A DNA stretch of 64,000 bases from Clostridia bacterium (GTDB lineage: Bacteria > Bacillota > Peptococcia > Peptococcales > BICA1-8), in contig JASKKI010000001.1 of assembly GCA_030154225.1 (NCBI GenBank), positions 30,895 through 94,894 on the forward strand. Direction: 5' to 3'. Within the stretch, counting starts at the first letter, position 1. Each line of letters starts with the position of its first letter. The notes under the pieces were generated by a model that searched no databases, was not told where the DNA came from, and saw nothing but the letters and a program-made list of their open reading frames with translations. Shown piece by piece: positions 56,879-64,000 of this stretch. The translations under genes and the position numbers were made by a program.

Positions 56879-58066
56879 TTGGAAAGAAGAAGGAATTTTT
56901 TTTATAGTTTACTGGCCTTTTTAATTATTATACTGGTTTTTTTAATGATAATTAATCCGGAAGCCACCTTTAAAGGAGCTAATTATGGTCTTTTAACCTG
57001 GTCCAAAATTTTAATACCTTCCCTTTTACCATTTTTTATCATTTCTGGTATCCTGGTTGAATTGGGGGTTGTAAATTTTTTGGGAGTATTACTCGAACCA
57101 TTAATGCGTCCCTTATTTAAGCAACCGGGTGCTGCAGGATTTGTTTTAGCGATGGGATTTACCTCGGGTTTTCCAATGGGTGCCGTTTTAACCAACATAT
57201 TATATGAAAAAAATTTGCTTACCAGAGAAGAAGCCAGCAGGTTAATAGCTTTTACTAATAATTGTAGTCCTCTTTTTTTATTAGTAGCTATACCCGTTGG
57301 CATGTTTAATAACCCTAATTTAGGTATATTGCTGGTCACCGCCCATTATGGAGCAAATCTTTTATTAGGAATACTTTTAGGCTTTAAGAAAAAAAAAGAA
57401 AATCTAATTTTTTCAATGAAAAAAACTAGTATCTTTAAAAAAAGCATTAAAGAACTTTTTGAATACCAAAAAAAAAATTCAAAACCTTTTGGCTCTTTGC
57501 TTGGAAACGCTATTAATAAATCCATACAGAATATGCTGCTCATTGGAGGATTTGTAATTATTTTTGCAGTACTTATTGAAATTTTTAAAGCAATTAAGAT
57601 CTTTATACTTATATCTCTTTTTTTTAAAGAAATCTTACTATTTATTGGAATTGACCCGTCTTTAGGAGAAGCCCTGGCCACAGGTTTATTTGAGATGACC
57701 CTGGGAGCAAAAAGAGCCTCGGAAATTAATACCCTGCTTTTAGACCAAATAATGATAGTTAGTTTAATTTTAGGTTGGAGTGGATTTTCCATTCAGGCCC
57801 AGGTAATCAGTATTGCTGGAAGAAATAATTTACCTATAGGACATTATATCTGGGGACGTTTTTTCCAGGGAATAACAGCTTCTATTTTATCAGGTATGTT
57901 GTTTTCTTCCTTTCTAGATATTGTACCTACCATAAATTTAGATCCTATCACTATACCTACAATAGGAATGTGGAATTATTTTATCTTTAACATAACAGCT
58001 ATTTTTATTACGATACTAATATTATTATTAGTCTCCACTTTTATTTATTTAGTAAATAATAAATAA
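56879..58066 (+). CDS. ylbJ: sporulation integral membrane protein YlbJ (nucleoside-recognition-domain family)
   Basis: About 395-aa polytopic ORF ..GANYGLLTWSKILIPSLLPFFIISGILVELGV.. Beside the patatin/ylbK and ylbM homologues, as in B. subtilis. TTG 56879 after AAGGTGGA, or GTG 56867. Confidence 0.8.
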   Translation: MERRRNFFYSLLAFLIIILVFLMIINPEATFKGANYGLLTWSKILIPSLLPFFIISGILVELGVVNFLGVLLEPLMRPLFKQPGAAGFVLAMGFTSGFPMGAVLTNILYEKNLLTREEASRLIAFTNNCSPLFLLVAIPVGMFNNPNLGILLVTAHYGANLLLGILLGFKKKKENLIFSMKKTSIFKKSIKELFEYQKKNSKPFGSLLGNAINKSIQNMLLIGGFVIIFAVLIEIFKAIKIFILISLFFKEILLFIGIDPSLGEALATGLFEMTLGAKRASEINTLLLDQIMIVSLILGWSGFSIQAQVISIAGRNNLPIGHYIWGRFFQGITASILSGMLFSSFLDIVPTINLDPITIPTIGMWNYFIFNITAIFITILILLLVSTFIYLVNNK

Positions 58067-58072
58067 AATTTT

Positions 58073-58102
58073 AAAAAACAGGCTTATTTAGCCTGTTTTT
58101 TT
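58073..58102. terminator. bidirectional terminator between ylbJ and the convergent coiled-coil gene
   Basis: AAAAAA-CAGGC-TTATTTA-GCCTG-TTTTTTT. The minus-strand gene's stop codon lies in the loop. Confidence 0.8.
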
Positions 58103-58564
58103 GGAAGCTTGTTTATGTTGGGTGGTTTGCCTGATTTGTTGCCTTCCTTCTTTTATAAAAGAAATATGTTTTTCCAGTTGAGCCTCTAACTGGGCCATAA
58201 TTTCATCTGCATAACCAAAGGCACCCTGGGTAATCTCCTGGGCTTGTGCTTTAGCTTTTTGTAAAATTTCCTGGCTATTTTCTTCAGCTAATTTATAAAT
58301 TTCCGTTTCATTGATCAGTTCTTGTACCTTGTTTTTAGCATTTTCTATAATTTTTTGGGCTTCCAGCTCAGCATCATCTAAGATCCGTTGTCGTTCCTTT
58401 TTAATCCACTGGGCTTGCCTTATATCTTCCGGTAAAGTAGCCCTTAATTTATCAATATATTTAAAAACAATTTCATCTTGAATAACTACCTTATTAGTTA
58501 AGGGAATCCTGGCGCTTTCTTCCAATTCCGCTTCCAATTCATCTAATATTCTATATACCTCCAT
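58088..58564 (-). CDS. conserved-looking coiled-coil protein (ATP-synthase-b/E-like heptad repeats), function unknown
   Basis: About 158-aa ORF MEVYRILDELEAELEESARIPLTNKVVI..AELEAQKIIENAKNKVQELINE..AQLEAQLEKH.. ATG 58564 after GGAGGTAA. It occupies the slot after rsmD where B. subtilis has coaD. Confidence 0.55.
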   Translation of the reverse strand: MEVYRILDELEAELEESARIPLTNKVVIQDEIVFKYIDKLRATLPEDIRQAQWIKKERQRILDDAELEAQKIIENAKNKVQELINETEIYKLAEENSQEILQKAKAQAQEITQGAFGYADEIMAQLEAQLEKHISFIKEGRQQIRQTTQHKQASKKTG

Positions 58565-58578
58565 ATTCACTTACCTCC

Positions 58579-59130
58579 TTAATTCCTCTGATAATATGTA
58601 ATTTTTGTATCACCATAATGATCTTCACGAACTTTATTTAAATGGTCAAAATTTGAAAGCAATTCTGTATTTTTAGCAGTTTCGGCTATGATAATACCAT
58701 TTACATCAAGTAAATCAGTCTTTGCTATTTCTTCAAGAAGGTCATCTATGATCAGTAATTTATAGGGAGGATCTAAATAAACCAAATTAAATTTTATATT
58801 TTTTTCTTTTAAAATTTTTAAAGCTTTAAAACAATCTACAGGGTAAATTTCTACTTTTTCATTAAAATTACACCAAGTAACATTTTCTTTAATAATTTGC
58901 ACGGCTTTACGATCTTTTTCTACAAAGTAAACAAATTTAGCTCCTCTACTTAATGCTTCTATTCCTATATTACCAGTTCCTCCAAATAAATCTAGAACTT
59001 TAGCTTCAATAATTCTCGATCCCAATACATTAAAAACAGCTTCCTTTACTCTATCTGCTGTAGGACGAGTAGATAATCCTTTAACGGATTTTAATCGTTT
59101 TCCTCGACACATTCCAGCAATTACTCGCAT
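58579..59130 (-). CDS. rsmD: 16S rRNA (guanine966-N2)-methyltransferase
   Basis: MRVIAGMCRGKRLKSVKGLSTRPTADRVKEAVFN..DLFGGTGNIGIEALSRGA..LDPPY. ATG 59130 preferred to 59169. Confidence 0.9.
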   Translation of the reverse strand: MRVIAGMCRGKRLKSVKGLSTRPTADRVKEAVFNVLGSRIIEAKVLDLFGGTGNIGIEALSRGAKFVYFVEKDRKAVQIIKENVTWCNFNEKVEIYPVDCFKALKILKEKNIKFNLVYLDPPYKLLIIDDLLEEIAKTDLLDVNGIIIAETAKNTELLSNFDHLNKVREDHYGDTKITYYQRN

Positions 59131-59315
59131 TATTTTACCCCATTTCAACTTAAAACTAGTATAACACAATTTAATAAGTATTTGATTAAATAACCTAAAT
59201 TAACCGCTTATAAGTTAAATAATTTTACACAAACTATATATGAAAAATAAAATTCTCCCTCAGTGCTTTTCTTCCTCCTTCCGCGGAAAAACCCTGCGGA
59301 TTTTTTTATTTTTTT

Positions 59316-59342
59316 AAAAGCGTGGTTCATAACCACGCTTTT
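59316..59342 (-). terminator. terminator of the 56-aa basic ORF
   Basis: Minus strand AAAAGCGUGGUU-AUG-AACCACGCUUUU, overlapping the stop codon, with further T/A-rich sequence after it. Confidence 0.6.
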
Positions 59343-59511
59343 ATTCTCCAGGGTAAATTTCATATTTTGGTCTGGGATTATTGGCAAACTTAGAAACATC
59401 AGCTTGTTTAATAAACTGTTTAGTGGATTTGGTCATTAAATCTTGTGCATATTCTGTGTCCCTTTTAACTTTTCCATATACAACATCTTCGCTTCTCTTT
59501 CTTCGTCTCAT
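59341..59511 (-). CDS. unannotated 56-aa basic small protein, divergent from gpr
   Basis: Own reading: GGAGGT-TAAAAAG-ATG. Sequence MRRRKRSEDVVYGKVKRDTEYAQDLMTKSTKQFIKQADVSKFANNPRPKYEIYPGE. A terminator hairpin starts at the stop. Below the track cut-off. It conflicts with the out-of-frame track ORF 59208..59399, which I reject. Confidence 0.6.
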   Translation of the reverse strand: MRRRKRSEDVVYGKVKRDTEYAQDLMTKSTKQFIKQADVSKFANNPRPKYEIYPGE

Positions 59512-59571
59512 CTTTTTAACCTCCTTTGATAATTAAATTTAGTTTGCCCAAAGATACTAAAAAACACTCTT

Positions 59572-59599
59572 GAATATGAAATACTAAAATAGGAAACTA
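59572..59599 (+). promoter_or_regulatory. weak forespore-type (sigma-F/G-like) promoter candidate for gpr
   Basis: GAATA - 16 nt - GAAACTA, ~30 nt upstream of the ATG. Partial match to GHATR / CATxxTA. Confidence 0.3.
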
Positions 59600-59632
59600 A
59601 TATTTTTGAAAAAAAATTTAAGGAGGTTAATT

Positions 59633-60619
59633 ATGGGTAGAACAGAAATATACCGTGAATTTGGGATTAATTTAGATCTGGCATTAGAAGCCCATGAAGC
59701 TATTAGAGGACAAAGAGGGGGAGAAATTCCCGGTGTGAAACTTCAGGAAGAAACATTTGATACAGCTCAAGTAAAAACCGTTACTGTTTTGGACCAACGG
59801 GGTGCTTCAATAATTGGAAAACCACCCGGTAAATACATTACTTTAGAATCTAATGTTCTTAGGATAAATAACAAAGCTTATCACAAACAATTAAGTGAAA
59901 CTCTGGCCCAAAAACTTAAAGAAATTTTACCTTTCCATAGTGAAAATAATAGTGTATTAATTGTCGGTTTAGGAAACTGGAATGCTACTCCTGATGCATT
60001 AGGTCCAAAGGTAGTTGAAAAGACAATGGCTACCAGGCATTTATATGGAAAAGTACCTGAAGAATTAACTAACGGATTGCGCCCGGTAAGTACCATTGCT
60101 CCCGGAGTTTTAGGAATTACAGGTATAGAAACTGCAGAAATAATAAGAGGAATTGTTGAAAAGACAAATCCCAATTTAATTATTGCTATTGATGCTTTAG
60201 CTGCTGGTGATGTAAGTAGAATTGGCGCCACAATTCAACTTGCTAATACCGGAATTAACCCTGGTTCGGGAGTAGGTAATAAACGTTCAGGAATTAATCA
60301 AGAAACAATGGGTATACCAGTAATAGCCATAGGAGTACCCACAGTAGTTCATGCAAGTATTATTGCCCATGATATAATTGAAAGCTTCGTAGAACAAATG
60401 AAAGCCCGCCCACCTTTGACGGAACTAACTAAAGAATTACACCCTCCAATGTTAAAGATGATTATTGATCAGGTTCTACAACCCTATAGCAATAGTCTTA
60501 TGGTCACACCAAAGGAAGTAGATGATTTAATTGAAAATACTTCTAAAGTAATTGCCATGGCTTTAGCAGAAGCTTTACATCCAGCAATGCCAGAAGAAGT
60601 TGCAAATTATTTGCATTAA
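59633..60619 (+). CDS. gpr: spore germination protease GPR
   Basis: MGRTEIYREFGINLDLALEAHEAIRG..VLIVGLGNWNATPDALGPKVV..IIAIDALAA..GINPGSGVGNKR..IPVIAIGVPTVV.. ATG 59633 after AAGGAGG is preferred to 59606. Confidence 0.92.
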   Translation: MGRTEIYREFGINLDLALEAHEAIRGQRGGEIPGVKLQEETFDTAQVKTVTVLDQRGASIIGKPPGKYITLESNVLRINNKAYHKQLSETLAQKLKEILPFHSENNSVLIVGLGNWNATPDALGPKVVEKTMATRHLYGKVPEELTNGLRPVSTIAPGVLGITGIETAEIIRGIVEKTNPNLIIAIDALAAGDVSRIGATIQLANTGINPGSGVGNKRSGINQETMGIPVIAIGVPTVVHASIIAHDIIESFVEQMKARPPLTELTKELHPPMLKMIIDQVLQPYSNSLMVTPKEVDDLIENTSKVIAMALAEALHPAMPEEVANYLH

Positions 60620-60681
60620 TATAAATAAACTATTGCTTTTATTGGGATCATCCTTTTAAGCAAAAGGGTTAAATGTTTAAA

Positions 60682-60718
60682 ATAAACAAGCAGATGTAAA
60701 ATACACCTGCTTGTTTAT
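60682..60718. terminator. bidirectional terminator between gpr and the convergent SASP gene
   Basis: ATAAACAAGCAG-ATGTAAAATACAC-CTGCTTGTTTAT, a 12-bp perfect stem flanked by A/T runs. Confidence 0.75.
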
Positions 60719-60732
60719 TACATTATTTTTTA

Positions 60733-60948
60733 CTATTGTTGTTGTTGACCAGAAAGATTTTGTTCAGCAAACTGGATCATCTTTCTAACCATATATCCAC
60801 CAACATAACCGTTCTCACGAGAAGTTAAGGAACCTTTGTCAATTGTTTGATAATTTGTCATACCTAATTCATTGGCTACTTCGTATTTAAATTTATCAAG
60901 GAAAGGTGCTGAACCTTGTACAGCAGGTTTGTTTGTATTTCTTGGCAT
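60733..60948 (-). CDS. alpha/beta-type small acid-soluble spore protein (copy 1)
   Basis: 71-aa ORF MPRNTNKPAVQGSAPFLDKFKYEVANELGMTNY..SRENGYVGGYMVRKMIQFAEQNL.. Both conserved SASP helices and a GPR site (EVANEL) are present. Confidence 0.95.
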   Translation of the reverse strand: MPRNTNKPAVQGSAPFLDKFKYEVANELGMTNYQTIDKGSLTSRENGYVGGYMVRKMIQFAEQNLSGQQQQ

Positions 60949-60979
60949 TCTGTTTCACCTCCTATTTTTTAAAAATTTT

Positions 60980-61008
60980 TTTAATGTTATCTAAGAGTTC
61001 CACCATTC
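60980..61008 (-). promoter_or_regulatory. sigma-G-like promoter of SASP copy 1 (inside the 3' end of copy 2)
   Basis: Minus strand GAATG - 17 nt - CATTAAA. Confidence 0.45.
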
Positions 61009-61205
61009 ATAAGATTTTGTTCAGCAAACTGGATCATTTTTCTAACCATATATCCACCAACATAACCATTCTCACGAGAAGTTAAAGAACCTTTGTCAAT
61101 TGTTTGGTAGTTAGTCATACCCAGCTCATTAGCCACTTCATATTTGAATTGATCAAGGAAAGGTGCAGCTCCTTGCACAGCTGGTTTATTAGTGTTTCTT
61201 GGCAC
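60987..61205 (-). CDS. alpha/beta-type small acid-soluble spore protein (copy 2)
   Basis: 72-aa ORF identical to copy 1 except S13A, K19Q and the last ~7 residues. GTG start with GGAGAGGAGGTGA RBS. Confidence 0.95.
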   Translation of the reverse strand: MPRNTNKPAVQGAAPFLDQFKYEVANELGMTNYQTIDKGSLTSRENGYVGGYMVRKMIQFAEQNLMNGGTLR

Positions 61206-61237
61206 CCTGTTTCACCTCCTCTCCCTTTAAGTATTAG

Positions 61238-61266
61238 TAGTTTGTGTTTTTTCAAATTTTTTATTC
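61238..61266 (-). promoter_or_regulatory. sigma-G-like promoter of SASP copy 2
   Basis: Minus strand (TA)GAATA - 17 nt - CAAACTA, ~30 nt upstream of the start. Confidence 0.55.
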
Positions 61267-61271
61267 TAGTA

Positions 61272-61403
61272 TTATTTACCTGTTTTTTTAGAATTATCTA
61301 TTTTATTTTTATTTGTTTTTAAAGTCTTCTTTAATCCCATTTCTTGGGCCACTTCATATTTAAACTTATTTAATTTGTTTTGTATTTCTTTTTTTTCAGA
61401 CAT
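61272..61403 (-). CDS. unannotated 43-aa truncated/divergent SASP-like ORF
   Basis: Own reading: GGAGGTG-TATTAAA-ATG. Sequence MSEKKEIQNKLNKFKYEVAQEMGLKKTLKTNKNKIDNSKKTGK. It keeps the first SASP helix and GPR-site region (KFKYEVAQEMG; shares the 14-mer GCCACTTCATATTT with copy 2 DNA) but lacks the GGxMVRKMI helix. Confidence 0.5.
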   Translation of the reverse strand: MSEKKEIQNKLNKFKYEVAQEMGLKKTLKTNKNKIDNSKKTGK

Positions 61404-61424
61404 TTTAATACACCTCCTATAAAT

Positions 61425-61454
61425 TATTTTGTAATCGTTGAAATAAAATAATTC
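61425..61454 (-). promoter_or_regulatory. sigma-G-like promoter of the SASP-like ORF
   Basis: Minus strand (TA)GAATT - 18 nt - CAAAATA. Confidence 0.4.
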
Positions 61455-61511
61455 TAAAAAAATTAAGTAATTTTTGACAAAAGAATAAACTTATATTTAT
61501 TTTCAATAAAT

Positions 61512-61542
61512 AAAAAAATCTAGTCCTTAAATGACTAGATTT
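61512..61542 (-). terminator. rho-independent terminator after recG
   Basis: Minus strand AAAUCUAGUC-AUUUAAG-GACUAGAUUU followed by UUUUUAUUU, ~12 nt after the stop. Confidence 0.8.
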
Positions 61543-61554
61543 GTTAAGTATTAC

Positions 61555-63891
61555 TTATGCTCTTATATTTTCTGATGAGTAATTATTAAATTTTCTCATA
61601 GTAGCTTCATAAAGTTTATTATATTTTATCGAAGTGAAATCTTCTCGTAAAATTTCATCTGCAAGTATTTTAACTTGTTCCAATATATGAACATCTTTCA
61701 ATAAATTAGCAATTTTTAAATCAGGTAATCCATGTTGTTTTGTCCCCAAAAAATCCCCTGGTCCTCTTAATTTTAAATCTTGTTCGGAAAGATAAAAACC
61801 ATCAGTACTTTCTGTCATAATTTCCATTCTGGCTTTACCTTCATCAGTTTTAGGATCAGAAATTAAAATGCAATAAGCCTGTTTTGAACCTCTACCAACC
61901 CTTCCCCGCAACTGGTGAAGTTGAGCCAGGCCAAACCTTTCCGCATTTTCTATAACCATAATGGTAGCATTTGGTACATTAACACCAACTTCTATTACGG
62001 TAGTTGTTACTAAAATATTTATAAATCCTTTTCGAAAGTTTTCCATAACTTTTTCTTTTTCAGCCATATCTAGTTTTCCATGTAGTAATCCGATTTTAAA
62101 TTCAGGAAAAATGTTTTTTTGTAAATTTTTAGCTAAATTAATAACATTTTCAACATAAAGCTTTTCCGATTCTTCAATCATTGGACACACAAAATATACC
62201 TGATGCCCATCAGTAACCTCTTTACGAATTAAATTATAGACTCTAGTACGCATAGCTTCATTAATATGATAGGTTTTTACAGGCTTCCTACCCTGTGGTA
62301 ACTCATCTATAATAGACAAATCCATATCTCCATATAAGGTTAAGGCTAAAGAACGGGGAATTGGAGTAGCTGTCATTATTAAAATATCTGGATTGGGTCC
62401 TTTCTCTTGTAAAGCCAAACGTTGTTTAACACCAAAACGATGCTGTTCATCAATTACTACTACTCCTAGGTTATTAAAAATAACTTCATCTTGAATTAAG
62501 GCATGGGTACCAATTACTAATTTAATATTACCCTGCAAGATCTCATAAAGTATTTGCTTTTTCTCTTTAGTCGGTAGGCTACCAGTTAATAGAATAGGCT
62601 CAATACCTAAAGGTTTTAACATTTTTGCTATACTTAGATAATGCTGCTCAGCCAGGATTTCAGTAGGTACCATTAATGCACCCTGATATCCTCCACTTAA
62701 GGCCTTTATTAAAGCCCAGATAGCCACAACAGTTTTTCCTGATCCAACATCACCCTGTACTAGGCGATACATAATCTCCGAATTTTCCATATCCTTTTTA
62801 ATTTCAGAAATGACTCGTAATTGAGCATTGGTTAAGGGGAAAGGAAGGCTATTAATAAAGCTTTTGGCTAGGTCATCCTGTTTAGTATGGCTTATACCAG
62901 CTAATTTTTTTACTTTTTGCTTCATGTTTTTGATACCTAATTGTAGTATTAATAATTCCTCAAAGGCTAATCTATTGCGAGCACTTTTTGCTAATTCCCA
63001 ATTAGTAGGAAAATGAATTTCTTTTAAAGCTTTTTGAATACCTAATAAATTATATTTTTTTAATATGTCCTCCGGAATAACTTCTGGTATACTAATTATG
63101 AATTTATCTAAAGCTTCATAAACAATATTTCGCAAGAACTTAGAAGGAATTTTTTCTGTTGTCGAATATATAGGGACAATTCTTCCGGTATGACGTTGTT
63201 CACTTAGATCATCATATATTTCATATTCACTAACAATAATCTTCCGTTCAAAACGCAGATCAACTTTACCTGTAACAATTATTTTTATACCAGGTTTTAA
63301 TTTATTTTTCAGAAACGTCTGGTTAAACCAGATAGCAGCAATACACCCTGATGCATTCTTAAGGTATGCTTTAAATATATTGACATTTTTTTTGGGATTT
63401 ATTACCTCAACCTTTTTAATAGTACCGAAAATTGTTTCCACACTACCACTTTCTAAAAGGTTTATGGGTTTTAATTGTGATCTATCTTCATATCTGCGGG
63501 GTACATAATAAAGAATATCTTCAATACTTTCTAAACCAAGCTTTTTTAATTCCTTTGTCCTCTGCTTCCCTACACCAGGAATATTGGTTATACTTTCTTT
63601 CTTTGAAGTTACTATAACAGGATTTTGTCTTTTTTCTTTAGTTTCGGGTATTTTCCCCTTTTCTATCCAGTTTTCTATGTCTTTTAATAACTTAAATTTT
63701 TCACTTTTTGCTAAAGATTCATACCTATTTAGAGCATCTTTAAAACTAAAAATATGAGAGTCTGAAATTTTGTCAAAAAAATTTAGAAAAAATTTATTAA
63801 AACCACCTAATACACCTTTGTTAGACAAGTTTAATTTTTTTTCTGCATTTATCGCTTTTAATAACTGTTGTTTGTGTTCTTCTTTTAACAT
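61555..63891 (-). CDS. recG: ATP-dependent DNA helicase RecG (with ~100-aa N-terminal extension)
   Basis: About 778-aa ORF with an HhH-like IPGVGKQRTKELKKLGLESIEDILYYVP, a wedge domain, Walker A GDVGSGKT, DEQHRFG and QLRGRVGRG. ATG 63891 preferred to GTG 63903. Confidence 0.93.
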   Translation of the reverse strand: MLKEEHKQQLLKAINAEKKLNLSNKGVLGGFNKFFLNFFDKISDSHIFSFKDALNRYESLAKSEKFKLLKDIENWIEKGKIPETKEKRQNPVIVTSKKESITNIPGVGKQRTKELKKLGLESIEDILYYVPRRYEDRSQLKPINLLESGSVETIFGTIKKVEVINPKKNVNIFKAYLKNASGCIAAIWFNQTFLKNKLKPGIKIIVTGKVDLRFERKIIVSEYEIYDDLSEQRHTGRIVPIYSTTEKIPSKFLRNIVYEALDKFIISIPEVIPEDILKKYNLLGIQKALKEIHFPTNWELAKSARNRLAFEELLILQLGIKNMKQKVKKLAGISHTKQDDLAKSFINSLPFPLTNAQLRVISEIKKDMENSEIMYRLVQGDVGSGKTVVAIWALIKALSGGYQGALMVPTEILAEQHYLSIAKMLKPLGIEPILLTGSLPTKEKKQILYEILQGNIKLVIGTHALIQDEVIFNNLGVVVIDEQHRFGVKQRLALQEKGPNPDILIMTATPIPRSLALTLYGDMDLSIIDELPQGRKPVKTYHINEAMRTRVYNLIRKEVTDGHQVYFVCPMIEESEKLYVENVINLAKNLQKNIFPEFKIGLLHGKLDMAEKEKVMENFRKGFINILVTTTVIEVGVNVPNATIMVIENAERFGLAQLHQLRGRVGRGSKQAYCILISDPKTDEGKARMEIMTESTDGFYLSEQDLKLRGPGDFLGTKQHGLPDLKIANLLKDVHILEQVKILADEILREDFTSIKYNKLYEATMRKFNNYSSENIRA

Positions 63892-64000
63892 GGTTTCACA
63901 CACCTAAAAATTAGTTCTTAATCCATAGTTATCAATATTTATATTAATTTACTAACACTTTTTGCAACTATTTAAACCATTATTTATCTTTATCCATTAC

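Noticed and set aside
56983-57792. Two minus-strand ORFs (118 and 148 aa) antisense to ylbJ
   Set aside because: They sit inside a convincing polytopic membrane gene, have no translation signals, and show biased antisense composition.
59208-59399. 63-aa minus-strand track ORF downstream of rsmD-proximal spacer
   Set aside because: It has no RBS and runs straight through a 12-bp terminator hairpin. It overlaps, out of frame, the better-supported 56-aa ORF (59341-59511).
63980-64000. Possible 3' end of another minus-strand gene at the right edge (..VMDKDK*)
   Set aside because: Only 7 codons are visible, which cannot be supported.

Overview
This is a low-GC chromosome segment of a spore-forming Firmicutes/Clostridia type. 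Almost all of it is core housekeeping genes on the minus strand. The order mirrors the Bacillus subtilis ylb/ylq/ylx neighbourhoods. Read right to left it runs: recG; three SASP genes facing gpr; rsmD; ylbJ, patatin and tmcAL; pta-ackA; yceD-rpmF; fapR-plsX-fabH-fabK-fabD-fabG-acpP-(fabK-like)-fabF; rnc-(radical SAM)-smc-ftsY; mtnP-mtnA-aldolase-mtaD; ylxM-ffh-rpsP-KH-ylqD-rimM-trmD-(SPOUT-like)-rplS; lepB-rbgA-rnhB; an 11-gene nuoABCDHIJKLMN operon; yraN; a variable segment; dprA-topA-trmFO-xerC-hslV-hslU. I found no rRNA, tRNA, CRISPR array, or recognisable defence or toxin-antitoxin system. The only clearly accessory, decaying stretch is about 6.7-15.2 kb, between dprA and yraN. It holds an orphan LigD polymerase-domain gene, two tiny ORFs, an MBL-fold hydrolase, an orphan LarA homologue and an inverted comM. 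It also holds the two separated ends of one IS4-like element, whose 9-bp flanks are exact reverse complements of each other, plus an HNH nuclease relic and an asparaginase-family gene with one in-frame TAA. Other points of note: nuo lacks nuoEFG and is wedged between rnhB and yraN. A SAM by-product salvage cluster (DHAP-shunt-like) is fused onto the end of smc-ftsY. gpr sits next to tandem SASP substrates and a truncated SASP-like ORF, each with a sigma-G-like promoter. There are several unannotated small ORFs and structured leaders. I did not find convincing evidence of a wholly new multi-gene system. All family calls rest on my own reading of motifs and synteny, not on database searches.
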